Position numbers and translations under genes: made by a program. DNA of 64,000 nucleotides from Minisyncoccota bacterium. Lineage in GTDB: Bacteria; Patescibacteriota; Minisyncoccia; Phycocordibacterales; XYD1-FULL-46-19. Below, piece by piece: positions 47,909 to 57,866 of the stretch. The number at the start of each line of letters is the position of its first letter. Positions within the stretch are counted from its first letter, which is position 1. Where the stretch lies: contig JBAYIK010000003.1 in the NCBI GenBank assembly GCA_041665625.1, forward strand, positions 2,967 to 66,966, given 5' to 3'. The notes under the pieces were generated by a model. The model did no database searches, was not told the origin of the DNA, and saw nothing but the letters and a program-made list of their open reading frames with translations.

Positions 47909-49183
47909 ATGATCGATACATTTCTAAACAAACTAAGACTCGTTTTTGAAGATCGCGGTCTGCGTAATCGGATTTTGTTTGTTGTTGCCGCGCTTTTTAT
48001 GTTCCGCTTAGGCGCCTCTATCCCTATCCCGGGCGTTAATGTTTTAGCTCTTGACCGTTTTCTCTCTGACAACCAATTCTTTGGGATGTTGAACATCTTT
48101 TCTGGTGGTGGTCTTTCTAACCTATCCATTATGATGTTAGGTGTTGGTCCTTATATTACCGCTTCGATTATTTTCCAGCTCCTTACCCTAGTTTTCCCTT
48201 CTCTAAAGCAGATGTACCATGAGGATGGCGCCGCTGGTCGTCGTAAGATTGCCCAGTATTCCCGTTATCTCACTGTTCCTCTTTGTGTCGTCCAGGGTTT
48301 GTCCTTGCTTGTTATGTTGGAGAAACAAGGCGTTTTAATGAATCTTACCTATTTCGATCGCATCCTTAACATTTTAGTTGTCACGGCTGGGTCAATGCTC
48401 TTGATGTGGATTGGTGAATTGATTACTGAGTACGGTATTGGTAACGGTGTTTCCCTCTTGATTTTTGCCGGTATCGTCTCAAGTCTTCCTTCTGTCCTTT
48501 CTCAGCTCTGGTTGACTGGTGATATGTCCAATATCCCAATGTACCTTGGCTTCGCTGTCTTGGCGGTGATCATCCTGGCCGCCATTGTCTTCATCACTGA
48601 AGCCGAACGGCCTATTCCTATTACCTATGCCAAACGAGTGCGGGGGATGAAGGTCTATGGTGGCACTTCTACTTATCTCCCTATTCGCGTTAATAATGCT
48701 GGTGTCATGCCAATTATCTTTGCCATTTCCATTATTCTCTTTCCTCAGATGATTGCTAATTATCTGGCCACTTCTAGCGTCGACTCGGTCAGAGTTGTCG
48801 CCGAAGCCGTCCTGGCTTTTATTAATAATGCTTGGGCCTATGGCATTTTCTACTTCCTCTTGGTAGTGGTCTTCACTTATTTCTATTCTGCCGTTACCTT
48901 TGACCCAGTTGCTATCTCTGAGAACTTGCAGAAGAATGGAGCCTTCATCCCCGGTGTTCGTCCTGGTCATTCCACCGCCCTTTATATTGGTAATATTTTG
49001 ACCCGTTTGACCCTAATTGGGTCTCTCTTCCTTGGTATTGTTGCTCTTTTGCCAATTCTTATCCAGAACATGACGGGGATTGCCTCGCTGGCTATTGGCG
49101 GAACGAGTCTCTTGATCGTCGTCTCAGTAGCGATTGAATTCGTCAAACAAATCAACGCTCAGATCTCAATGCGGGAGTATTAG
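47909..49183 (+). CDS. secY: Preprotein translocase subunit SecY
   Basis: Ten TM segments, with N-terminal LRNRILFVVAALFMFRLGASIPIPGV. Confidence 0.9.
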   Translation: MIDTFLNKLRLVFEDRGLRNRILFVVAALFMFRLGASIPIPGVNVLALDRFLSDNQFFGMLNIFSGGGLSNLSIMMLGVGPYITASIIFQLLTLVFPSLKQMYHEDGAAGRRKIAQYSRYLTVPLCVVQGLSLLVMLEKQGVLMNLTYFDRILNILVVTAGSMLLMWIGELITEYGIGNGVSLLIFAGIVSSLPSVLSQLWLTGDMSNIPMYLGFAVLAVIILAAIVFITEAERPIPITYAKRVRGMKVYGGTSTYLPIRVNNAGVMPIIFAISIILFPQMIANYLATSSVDSVRVVAEAVLAFINNAWAYGIFYFLLVVVFTYFYSAVTFDPVAISENLQKNGAFIPGVRPGHSTALYIGNILTRLTLIGSLFLGIVALLPILIQNMTGIASLAIGGTSLLIVVSVAIEFVKQINAQISMREY

Positions 49184-49211
49184 ACGCTCAGGTTGTTGCC
49201 TATAAAACCTA

Positions 49212-49240
49212 GAAAAATCCCCGGATGGGGTTTTTCTTTT
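49212..49240 (+). terminator. Rho-independent terminator after secY
   Basis: AAAAATCCCC-ggat-GGGGTTTTTCTTTT. Confidence 0.6.
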
Positions 49241-49301
49241 ATTTTTATGCTCTGAAGAGGTATACTTAAGCTATCGGCTTATTAGCTAAGGATTTTTTCT
49301 T

Positions 49302-52300
49302 ATGAGTAAAAAGATTAAAATATACTTTCTCAGCGTTATTTTTTTGGTTTCAGCCTTCTTTTTAACTCTTCCATTGGCATCATCGGCTGCAACTTTTTGT
49401 GTGAGGCACGATGGCACTGCCACGTTCACTCGTTCTGTCAGTAATATTACTAGCGACGTGGCCCATGGTGGTTACGTCAAGGTCCAAACTAGTGGTGCTG
49501 TCGCTGTTCCGGCGGGGGACTATATTACTCTTAGGGGGGTTGGTACTACTGGTCAAGATATCAATGGTACCCACCAAGTTATATTTAATGATTCTGGAAC
49601 TCCTAATAGACTTTTAACAATTGATGTTCCCTATGTTAGTGGTACTGGTGTAACTGGTGGATATATATTACCCTCGGGCTCAACGACTGACAGTGCTGTC
49701 GGGTTAACTAATGATGCTGGTCATTGCTTGGGGCTAGTAGCGAGTTTTAATAATGCTCACGCCTCGACCCCTTTCCTCCCGGGTGACATCATTTACTTTG
49801 GAGGAGCTCTTAGTACCACCGCTCTTTATACCATCACAGATAGTGGTTCGGCGGGTAATCCTATCACGTTTACTTCTTTTCCTGGTGCTATGCCTGCAAT
49901 TGACAATACCGCAGGGGTAATTCTCAACATTACTTCTGGGGTTTCTTATATTAACATTAATAATTTTATTGGTACTACTACCTCTGCGGGTAGCCAAGCA
50001 GTAAAATTCAACGGTAATAATAGCTATGTCACTATTTCTAGCAGTACTTTAGCTGTTGGAGGAGGAAATACTGGGAGCATTATTCAGTCGAACGGAACTG
50101 ATGTTCACGACATTACAATTTCCGATATTGTCGGTAATGGAGGAGCTGTCTCTTTTGCCACTGGTTCTCCTCAAAGTATATATCTCAATAATGTTAATAT
50201 TACTGGTGGGACAAGTATGGCTTTTGACGGGGTGAGCTCCACAACTTTAATTAATGTTTCTCATGCTAGCACGACTGGCTTTGGTTTACAGATTTTGAAT
50301 GGTCTAGGTAAGTTGACCATTGATAATTATGTTGGAGGTTCTTCCACCGATAAAGGGGTTTATATCCTTAATTCGACTTTTGATTCTGGTAGCCAACTTA
50401 TCAATTCTTCCGTTTCTTTTTCTAGTAGTAGCGCCTATTACTTGAGCAATGTGGAAGGCTTGTCTCTATCAAACAATGTTTCCTCTGATGCGAAAGGCCA
50501 CGCTTTCGTGATTCTTGGGTCAAGGGACTTAAGTTTCACCTCTAACACTGTGAATGTCCCATCAAATTTCCCCGCTGGCTCCTATGGTTTTTATGTGGTG
50601 AGTTCTTCAGATAATATAAATTTTAGCTCTAATACTGTAAATAATGCTATTGGGGCTGGGGCCAGTTATTCCGTCGATGGCTCGTCGAACATCAGTTTCA
50701 ATGGAGATTCCGTCGGTCTTACCTCGACAACCACTTCATTTTCCATTTCTTCTTCAACGGGCGTTTCTCTTAGGAATATCAGTGTCTCTAATGGTGGTTC
50801 GATGGCTTTTTCGAGTAGCTCAGCTCTAACGATTGACAACGTCTCTAGTGTTGATTCCCTTGGTTATGGTATGACTATTGTAAATAGCGTGGGAACCACC
50901 TCAATTAATAATTTGAATATCAGCTCCTCAACTCTTGCTGGATTATATGTCGCGACTTCAACTTTCTCTGGTAGCACAAATAAAGTATCTAACTCTACTA
51001 TCTCTACGCCTGGTACTTATTCGTACTTTCTAGATAATGTTTCTGGTTTAAGTTTGGAGGACAACTCTTCTGTTAACCCTGTCAGTCATGCCTTTATTAT
51101 CTCTAGCTCCACAAATATTAGTCTTACTAGAAATACGGCTACTGGAGGAGCCAGGGGCATTACTTCAACAGTTGGCTACTATGTCATTTCCACCTCTAGT
51201 AATATTACCTTTAATTCCAATATCTCCAATAGTGCTCGATCATCAGGGTTCGTGGTTAAAGATGGGTCTAACAATATAACTTTTAATTCTGACCTTGCCG
51301 AGAATTCCGTTGATCTGACTGGCTTCAGTTTTTCAGAAAGTTCCAACCTTATAACATGTAATTCTTGTATCGCGAGGAATAATGGCGACGATGGTTTCTC
51401 AACCACGGATTTTGCACATGATATAACTTTCAATAAATGTTTGGCCTACGGTAATGGTTCCTCAACGGTTGATTCCAGCGGCGATGGTTTTACCTCACAT
51501 AAAGAAAATTACAATATCTTGATCAACAATTCGCTCGCTTATGACAACTGGGATTCTGGCTTCGGGATGTCTGGTAGTAGCACGAGCGTTAATAGCTCCG
51601 GCCGCATTTACAACTCCGTCGCTGCTACTACCCGAGGCGGATCACGTCAGATGGCTGGGATGCTCTTTAGCACCCAAGGTTTAAATTCAACAACAAATGA
51701 AGGTTGGACTGTTAAAAATAATATTGGTTACAAAAATAATAACAACACTGGACTTGGCTATACTCCTCATGAAATTGCCACTTTTAATAGCACGGCCCTA
51801 TCTTCTGGCCGTGTCGCCCTTGATTACAATGTTTATAAGCCCTTAAGTGACGATACTTTCTCAATGGTCGGCGTTGCCCCGTCACCTTTTGTCTCTAAGA
51901 CTTGGGCCGAGCACTCAGTTTATGAACCTCACAGCGTTAATGCGAGCACCAGCCAAATCTTTGTTAGTGCTTCACCTTCAACCACGACCGACTTCCGATT
52001 AGCTGATCTTTCTCCCGCCATCGACGCTGGCGATTCCTCCATCGTCACTTCCACCACCACTGATTATCTCGGCAACCCACTCTATGGTGCTCCAGACGCT
52101 GGTGCCTTCGAATATCAGCCCACTCTGACCATTACCACCACTGACCCTCAATATACGGGCAATATCCGTATTTACGCTGACGGCAAGTATCGTTATACCT
52201 CGGCCACTTCTAGTGCCACCAGCGCCAACTTCTTAGTCACCCCCGTTAGCGGTTCTTACACCAGTTACGGTGCCTCCACCACCCGCCCAGAGTATCTAAA

Positions 52301-52976
52301 CGTCACCTTCAATACCTGGGAGACCACTGGCAGCCAGAACAAGAGTTGGACGGCTTCTTCCTCTATGGCTGGCGACACCACTTATACCATCGGTGACCTT
52401 GTTCCTAATACTCCCTACACTTTCAAACTAGACGGCACCGCCAACACTGCCATCACTAGCTCAGCCTGCTCTGGCTCAACCTGTACCTCAGACTCTGCTG
52501 GCCAAATCGTCTTCACCTATACGGGTGGCTATTCCACTCACACCTTCGAATTAGTTAATGCTACCGTTCCGGCCACGGAGACAGCCCCTGTTCATCGTTC
52601 CTCTGGTGGAACTGTCGCCAATCAGATCTCCAACTTAATTTCAATGGGAAATCTTGAATTAGCCAATGAACTTAGTGCCAAATACAATTTAGGAACTTCT
52701 TCTGCCGCCAAAGCTTCTTCAACCCTTCGTTATTCTTTTACTCGTAATCTAAAAACTGGCTCAACAGGCTCTGATGTTAAATTGTTGCAACAATTCTTAA
52801 ATACCCACGGCTTTATTCTGGCCAAGTCTGGAGCTGGGTCACCAGGGAGAGAGACGAGTTATTTTGGTCAAGCTACAAGAAACGCCTTAATCAGATTCCA
52901 AAAGGCTAACAAAATTACTCCCGCAGTCGGCTACTTTGGGCCGGTGACGAGGGGGGTGGTGGAAAGAATTAAATAG
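49302..52976 (+). CDS. Giant secreted parallel-beta-helix (pectate-lyase-fold-like) protein with a C-terminal PG_binding_1-like domain; sits between secY and adk
   Basis: Signal peptide MSKKIKIYFLSVIFLVSAFFLTLPLASSA. Long runs of ~22-25-aa beta-helix-type repeats rich in N/S/T/G/V (...SNNVSSDAKGHAFVILGSRDLSFTSNTV...). C-terminus LKTGSTGSDVKLLQQFLNTHGFIL...SYFGQATRNALIRFQKANKI fits the PG_binding_1 consensus. Confidence 0.55.
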   Translation: MSKKIKIYFLSVIFLVSAFFLTLPLASSAATFCVRHDGTATFTRSVSNITSDVAHGGYVKVQTSGAVAVPAGDYITLRGVGTTGQDINGTHQVIFNDSGTPNRLLTIDVPYVSGTGVTGGYILPSGSTTDSAVGLTNDAGHCLGLVASFNNAHASTPFLPGDIIYFGGALSTTALYTITDSGSAGNPITFTSFPGAMPAIDNTAGVILNITSGVSYININNFIGTTTSAGSQAVKFNGNNSYVTISSSTLAVGGGNTGSIIQSNGTDVHDITISDIVGNGGAVSFATGSPQSIYLNNVNITGGTSMAFDGVSSTTLINVSHASTTGFGLQILNGLGKLTIDNYVGGSSTDKGVYILNSTFDSGSQLINSSVSFSSSSAYYLSNVEGLSLSNNVSSDAKGHAFVILGSRDLSFTSNTVNVPSNFPAGSYGFYVVSSSDNINFSSNTVNNAIGAGASYSVDGSSNISFNGDSVGLTSTTTSFSISSSTGVSLRNISVSNGGSMAFSSSSALTIDNVSSVDSLGYGMTIVNSVGTTSINNLNISSSTLAGLYVATSTFSGSTNKVSNSTISTPGTYSYFLDNVSGLSLEDNSSVNPVSHAFIISSSTNISLTRNTATGGARGITSTVGYYVISTSSNITFNSNISNSARSSGFVVKDGSNNITFNSDLAENSVDLTGFSFSESSNLITCNSCIARNNGDDGFSTTDFAHDITFNKCLAYGNGSSTVDSSGDGFTSHKENYNILINNSLAYDNWDSGFGMSGSSTSVNSSGRIYNSVAATTRGGSRQMAGMLFSTQGLNSTTNEGWTVKNNIGYKNNNNTGLGYTPHEIATFNSTALSSGRVALDYNVYKPLSDDTFSMVGVAPSPFVSKTWAEHSVYEPHSVNASTSQIFVSASPSTTTDFRLADLSPAIDAGDSSIVTSTTTDYLGNPLYGAPDAGAFEYQPTLTITTTDPQYTGNIRIYADGKYRYTSATSSATSANFLVTPVSGSYTSYGASTTRPEYLNVTFNTWETTGSQNKSWTASSSMAGDTTYTIGDLVPNTPYTFKLDGTANTAITSSACSGSTCTSDSAGQIVFTYTGGYSTHTFELVNATVPATETAPVHRSSGGTVANQISNLISMGNLELANELSAKYNLGTSSAAKASSTLRYSFTRNLKTGSTGSDVKLLQQFLNTHGFILAKSGAGSPGRETSYFGQATRNALIRFQKANKITPAVGYFGPVTRGVVERIK

Positions 52977-53006
52977 TTTTGCTTTTAGGGTAACTTTGGG
53001 CTAAAA

Positions 53007-53636
53007 TTGAAGGATATGGAAAATAATCAAGAAGGCTCTGGTCTCAAGACCTTTATTTTTATTGGTCGTTCGGGCTGTGGCAAGGGGACGCAAGTTGAAC
53101 AGTTGGCCGAGCACTTAAAAGGGAAGGGGATCATCAATAGTGACCATGCTTGGTTGCGGGTGGAAACTGGTGCCCAGTTTAGGAAATTTGCCGAGAGAGA
53201 TAATTATTCAGCTTGCAAATTGAAGGAGTCCATGGAGAGTGGTAATCGTTTACCTGATTGTTTTGCTATTTGGACTTGGTGTAATTACTTTATTGAAAAT
53301 TATACTGGCGAGGAACACATCTTCTGTGATGGTTGCCCTCGTTCTTTGCTCGAAGCACAATCTTTAGATTTTCTTTTTAGATTTTATAATCGTAAAGAGT
53401 TGTCTGTTGTTTATCTTGATATCTCTAAAGAGGAGGCGACAAGGCGAATGCTCGCTCGGGGGAGGGCCGATGATCAGCTTGAAGATATCGAAAAACGATT
53501 AGAGTGGTTTGACAAGGACGTTGTCCCGGCGATTGAATATTACCGTAACAATTCTAAATATAAGTTTGTCGAGGTTGATGGAGAGCAGACAATTGAGAAA
53601 ATTCACGAAGACCTGATTTCAATGCTGGATGTTTAG
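53007..53636 (+). CDS. adk: Adenylate kinase (divergent)
   Basis: P-loop IFIGRSGCGKGTQ. CDGCPRSLLEAQSL aligns with LLDGFPRT. RMLARGRADDQLEDIEKRLEWF fits the LID/C-terminal region. Confidence 0.7.
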   Translation: MKDMENNQEGSGLKTFIFIGRSGCGKGTQVEQLAEHLKGKGIINSDHAWLRVETGAQFRKFAERDNYSACKLKESMESGNRLPDCFAIWTWCNYFIENYTGEEHIFCDGCPRSLLEAQSLDFLFRFYNRKELSVVYLDISKEEATRRMLARGRADDQLEDIEKRLEWFDKDVVPAIEYYRNNSKYKFVEVDGEQTIEKIHEDLISMLDV

Positions 53637-53726
53637 AATTACGTGTCCCGTTAAAATTTCTAAAGATAGATAACGGGAAGAAATAAGGTAAAACAATAAA
53701 TTATAGAAGAATTAAATTTTAATGGG

Positions 53727-54491
53727 ATGATTAAACTAAAGACCCAAGAAGAAATCGCAATCTTGAAGGAGGGCGGGCGACGCTTAGCTGTTATTCTTGA
53801 TGCGGTTAGGGCTAAAGTGGCCCCCGGGGTTAAAACTATCGAGCTAGAAAATTTGACGAGGAAATTAATAAAAGAGGGCGGCGATCAGCCGGCCTTCTTG
53901 GGTTATAAGCCCCATGGTGCCCCACGACCTTACCCAGCGGCTCTCTGTGTCTCTATTAATAATGAGATTGTTCATGGTTTGCCAGGTGAGAGGGTTCTCA
54001 AAGAAGGGGATATTGTTGGTTTGGATTCTGGCCTTGTCCATGAAGGTCTCTATACTGATATGGCTATCACTGTGCCTGTGGGCAAGATCTCCCGAGAGGC
54101 TGAGAAGATGATTAGGACGGCCGAAGAAGCACTTGAAGCTGGCATTTGGGCGGCCGTGCCTGGTAAAAAAGTTGGCGACATTAGTCTCGCCATTGAGAAG
54201 GTAATTAAGAGCGCCGGCTTTAATGTCGTTCGTGAATTAGCCGGTCATGGTGTTGGTTACTCACCTCACGAAGATCCTTTTGTCCCTAATTATGGTAAAG
54301 CTGGTACTGGCCCCGAACTTATCCCTGGGCTGGTGATTGCGATTGAACCAATGGTGACGAGTGGCTCAGGCGATATTGATGTCGCTCCCGATGAATTCAC
54401 TTTTGTCACCTCTGATGGGCACTTAGCCACTCATGCGGAGAAGACAATAGTTATTACTGAGACGGGGGCAGAAATTATTACAAAATTATAA
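53727..54491 (+). CDS. map: Methionine aminopeptidase type I
   Basis: Pita-bread metal-ligand pattern with HG, D.G, H..., E..E motifs; ~250 aa. Confidence 0.85.
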   Translation: MIKLKTQEEIAILKEGGRRLAVILDAVRAKVAPGVKTIELENLTRKLIKEGGDQPAFLGYKPHGAPRPYPAALCVSINNEIVHGLPGERVLKEGDIVGLDSGLVHEGLYTDMAITVPVGKISREAEKMIRTAEEALEAGIWAAVPGKKVGDISLAIEKVIKSAGFNVVRELAGHGVGYSPHEDPFVPNYGKAGTGPELIPGLVIAIEPMVTSGSGDIDVAPDEFTFVTSDGHLATHAEKTIVITETGAEIITKL

Positions 54492-54514
54492 TTATTAAGT
54501 AATTACAAAATATT

Positions 54515-55102
54515 ATGGCTCATCCAAAAGAAGAGAGAACCTATATAATGATTAAGCCCGATGGTGTGCGCAAGGGTTTGATTGGTGAGATTATCAAACG
54601 TATCGAACAGCGTGACCTTAAAGTTGTCGCCCTGGAGATGTTTATGCCGACTCTTGAACAGATTGACGACCATTATCCAAAGGATGAGGCTTGGATTAAG
54701 CGCTTAGGGACTAAGACCATGAGTAATTACAACAAATATGGTTTTGACCCCATTGCTGAGGTTGGGACAGCTGATGAGTTTGAGATTGGCAAGAAGGTCC
54801 GGGGTTGGTTGCTAGATTATATGACCTCGGCCCCCTTAGTTAAGATGGTGGTGCAGGGTGTGCACGCTGTGGATGTTATTCGCAAAATTGCTGGCCCAAC
54901 TATTCCCTCGACAGCTGAATTGGGGACCATTCGTGGTGACTTCTCGATTGATTCTCCCGTCTTAGCTAATAAAGAAAAGCGCGCCGTGATGAACCTTGTC
55001 CATGCTTCTGAGACACCTGAAGAGGCTCTTCATGAGATTGAGCATTGGTTTGGTAAAGAGGCCTCTATTTGTGACTACAAACGTTTTGGGGTGGACGAAT
55101 AA
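54515..55102 (+). CDS. ndk: Nucleoside diphosphate kinase (long form with insertions)
   Basis: ERTYIMIKPDGVRKGLIGEIIKRIEQRDLKVVALEM...TIRGDFSID...NLVHASET (catalytic His). Confidence 0.7.
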   Translation: MAHPKEERTYIMIKPDGVRKGLIGEIIKRIEQRDLKVVALEMFMPTLEQIDDHYPKDEAWIKRLGTKTMSNYNKYGFDPIAEVGTADEFEIGKKVRGWLLDYMTSAPLVKMVVQGVHAVDVIRKIAGPTIPSTAELGTIRGDFSIDSPVLANKEKRAVMNLVHASETPEEALHEIEHWFGKEASICDYKRFGVDE

Positions 55103-55372
55103 TCCACTATTTATTATAGTGGACAGCCTATGAAGTTAGATTATAATAAAATTAGGTTGTTTAGATAATATTCTTAGTACAATTTTAAATATCAGGGAGC
55201 TCAAATTGCGATTGGCCGTGGTCAACTCGTTGCGGGCACCCACCTAGAATACTCTAGGGATATCTATACTAAGCAACCAACAAAATGACTCCCTGGCGCA
55301 AGCCTGGGGTCGTTTTGTTTCTGGTTTTTATCAACTGGCGCCATTTTAGCCAGTTGGTATAATGATAGTACC

Positions 55373-55816
55373 GTGAAGTTTAAGAAGTTTTTTAGCTTGA
55401 GTGTCTGTCTCTTGGTTGCGATTACTGTTCTGGACTTTCTTGCCTTTAAGAACTTCTGGTACTGGCGTTGGCCTTGGTTTGATAAACCGATGCACTTCAT
55501 GGGCGGTCTCTTGGCCGGTCTCGTGGCCATTCAGCTCTTTTTATACTTTAGACGGCGACACTTAAGAGATGTTTCTGGTTTGGACTTCGCCTTAGTAAGT
55601 TTATTGGCCGCTGTCGTCATTGGGGGTTTGTGGGAAGTTCTTGAGTTTACCGCTGACAAGTTCTATGTCGCCCATGTTGAGCTTAAGACACTAGATATGC
55701 TTTATAACGGCTGGCAAGGTTCGCTCAAAGATCTTTTATTCGATTTAATTGGCTCGGTGGTCGCAACAATTTTATTCTTAATCTCATTTATATGGCAGAA
55801 CAAAAAAGCACGATAA
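55373..55816 (+). CDS. Hypothetical multi-pass membrane protein
   Basis: Four predicted TM helices. A possible frameshifted upstream start (short ORF from 55286) suggests the 5' end is uncertain. Confidence 0.35.
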   Translation: MKFKKFFSLSVCLLVAITVLDFLAFKNFWYWRWPWFDKPMHFMGGLLAGLVAIQLFLYFRRRHLRDVSGLDFALVSLLAAVVIGGLWEVLEFTADKFYVAHVELKTLDMLYNGWQGSLKDLLFDLIGSVVATILFLISFIWQNKKAR

Positions 55817-57165
55817 CTTTTTACGGGGGAGTAGGGGAAGTGACAGGGGCAAATTTCCTCTTTAAGGATGGTCCATCGGGGCTCTCTATTCTGGTGGATT
55901 GTGGCCTCTTCCAAGGAGTTAAGGCTTTTGATGATAAAAATATTGAAGCTTTTGCCTATGACCCTAAAACCATTGATTATTTGTTTGTCACCCATGCCCA
56001 CCTTGATCATATTGGCCGTATTCCTAAACTAGTTAAAGATGGGTTCAATGGCGTTATCTATTCGACGGCTCCCACTAAAGAGATTGCCGAGATTGCTTTA
56101 GCTGACAGCCTTAACCTTTTCAAAAAAGAAAATGAAGATAAAGAGCCGTTCTTTAGTACGGCTGACATTACCAAATCAATGGAGCTGTGGAAGACGGCCG
56201 AATATCACGAGACGATTAATCTAAAAGAAGGGTTGAGGGTGAGCCTTAAGGATGCCGGCCATATTTTAGGTTCCACAATGTTTGAATTTGCTCGAGGCGA
56301 GAATAAACTTGTTTTTACTGGCGACCTTGGTAATTCCCCCTCGCCTTTGCTCTACGACACTGAATCTATCAAGGGGGCCAATTACCTGGTTATGGAGAGT
56401 GTCTATGGCGACCGTAATCATGAAGACCGGTCTGAACGAAGGAATCTCTTAGAGGATGCCATTGAAGATACGATGCGCGCTGGTGGGACTCTTATGATCC
56501 CGGCTTTCTCAATTGAGCGTACACAGGAGATCCTTTATGAAATTGAAAATATGATTGAAGAGTCTCGCATTCCTTTGGCCCCAGTGTTTCTTGACTCACC
56601 AATGGGTATTCGGGTAACTGATATTTATAAGAAATATGCGAGATTTCTAAATGAGGGTGTTCGGCAGCAAGTAGAGGAGAGTGGTGATAGTATATTCCGC
56701 TTTGCCCAGCTCCATGAGACCTTAAGCACCGATGAGTCCAAGGCCATTTTCCAAGCCAACCCTAAGAAAATTATTCTAGCTGGTTCGGGAATGTCGACAG
56801 GCGGGCGCATTCTCCATCACGAAAAGAATTACCTCTCTGACCCGCGGAGCACCTTGCTCTTGGTTGGCTACCAACAGATGGGGAGTCTCGGGCGTTTGAT
56901 CCAAGATGGAGTTAAGACTGTTAAAATTATGGGGCAAGAGATTGCCGTTCGCTCTCAGGTTAGGGTTATTCACGGCTATTCGGCCCACAAAGATTCTGAT
57001 CATCTCTTAGAGTTTGTTGATGACACCAAGGATACACTTAAAAAAGTTTTTGTCGTTATGGGGGAAACTAAGGCGGCGATGTTCTTGTCTCAGCGAATTC
57101 GAGATTATCTTGGCGTCTTAGCTAAGGCTCCCGAAGCGGCTGAGGTGGCCGAGATAGATTTATAA
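55792..57165 (+). CDS. Metallo-beta-lactamase / beta-CASP family RNA-processing nuclease (CPSF73 / RNase J-like)
   Basis: Glycine-rich region VDCGLFQG, the MBL motif VTHAHLDHIGRIP, and beta-CASP-like C-terminal motifs (D...H...GH). Confidence 0.6.
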   Translation: MAEQKSTITFYGGVGEVTGANFLFKDGPSGLSILVDCGLFQGVKAFDDKNIEAFAYDPKTIDYLFVTHAHLDHIGRIPKLVKDGFNGVIYSTAPTKEIAEIALADSLNLFKKENEDKEPFFSTADITKSMELWKTAEYHETINLKEGLRVSLKDAGHILGSTMFEFARGENKLVFTGDLGNSPSPLLYDTESIKGANYLVMESVYGDRNHEDRSERRNLLEDAIEDTMRAGGTLMIPAFSIERTQEILYEIENMIEESRIPLAPVFLDSPMGIRVTDIYKKYARFLNEGVRQQVEESGDSIFRFAQLHETLSTDESKAIFQANPKKIILAGSGMSTGGRILHHEKNYLSDPRSTLLLVGYQQMGSLGRLIQDGVKTVKIMGQEIAVRSQVRVIHGYSAHKDSDHLLEFVDDTKDTLKKVFVVMGETKAAMFLSQRIRDYLGVLAKAPEAAEVAEIDL

Positions 57166-57200
57166 TAATTAATAACTAGGCATTAATTTAGAAAAATATT

Positions 57201-57848
57201 ATGGACAACGAAAAATTAGAGGAAATGCGCAATGAGCACCATAAGATTAAGATCTGTGTCTCGGGTGCCGCTGATACAACTTATTGTGGTAAGGACGGTT
57301 TAGAAATTGCTAAGGAACTTGGCCGAGAAATTGTCCGCCAAGGCTGTGTTATCGTCACTGGGGCGACTACTGGTTGGCCTCTCTGGTCAGCGATGGGGGC
57401 CAAAGAAGAAGGTGGGACATCTATTGGCCTTTCTCCAGCAGCGACAGAGAAAGAACATGTTGAAGAATGGGGTCTGCCTCTAGATTTTTTGGATACTATT
57501 ATTTATACCGGACAGGGCTTCCCGGGGCGCGATATTTTGCTTACCCGCACCACTGATGCGGTTATTCTTGGCTGTGGCCGCATCGGGACTATCCATGAAT
57601 TTACAGTGGCCTTTGAGGACAACAAGCCCATTGGTATCTTAGAGGGTGACTGGGAAATGGATGAAACACTAAAGGGGATTATTGAGCATGGTCATCGTCC
57701 TAATCCAAAAATTGTTTTTGATAAAGACCCTAAGGAACTTATCGCTCGTATTATCAAGTTGGTCGAGAAAGATAAAGAGGGTGTAGAGAAGGATAGTTTA
57801 TTAAAGGCTGTTAAAGCACAAGAGAAAGACGGCGGCATTAGAGGTTAA
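57201..57848 (+). CDS. LOG/TIGR00725-family Rossmann-fold protein (possible nucleotide N-glycosidase)
   Basis: KICVSGAADTTYCG...VIVTGATTGWPLWSAMGA...ILGCGRIGTIHEF pattern. Confidence 0.45.
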   Translation: MDNEKLEEMRNEHHKIKICVSGAADTTYCGKDGLEIAKELGREIVRQGCVIVTGATTGWPLWSAMGAKEEGGTSIGLSPAATEKEHVEEWGLPLDFLDTIIYTGQGFPGRDILLTRTTDAVILGCGRIGTIHEFTVAFEDNKPIGILEGDWEMDETLKGIIEHGHRPNPKIVFDKDPKELIARIIKLVEKDKEGVEKDSLLKAVKAQEKDGGIRG

Positions 57849-57866
57849 TTATTTATAAAATTATTT

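Noticed and set aside
53641-53690. Hairpin CCCGTTA...TAACGGG after adk
   Set aside because: The loop is ~27 nt and there is no convincing T-tract. It is too weak to call a terminator.
55264-55530. 88-aa minus-strand ORF upstream of the membrane protein gene
   Set aside because: It is antisense to a better + strand membrane-protein ORF and its putative 5' extension. No features.
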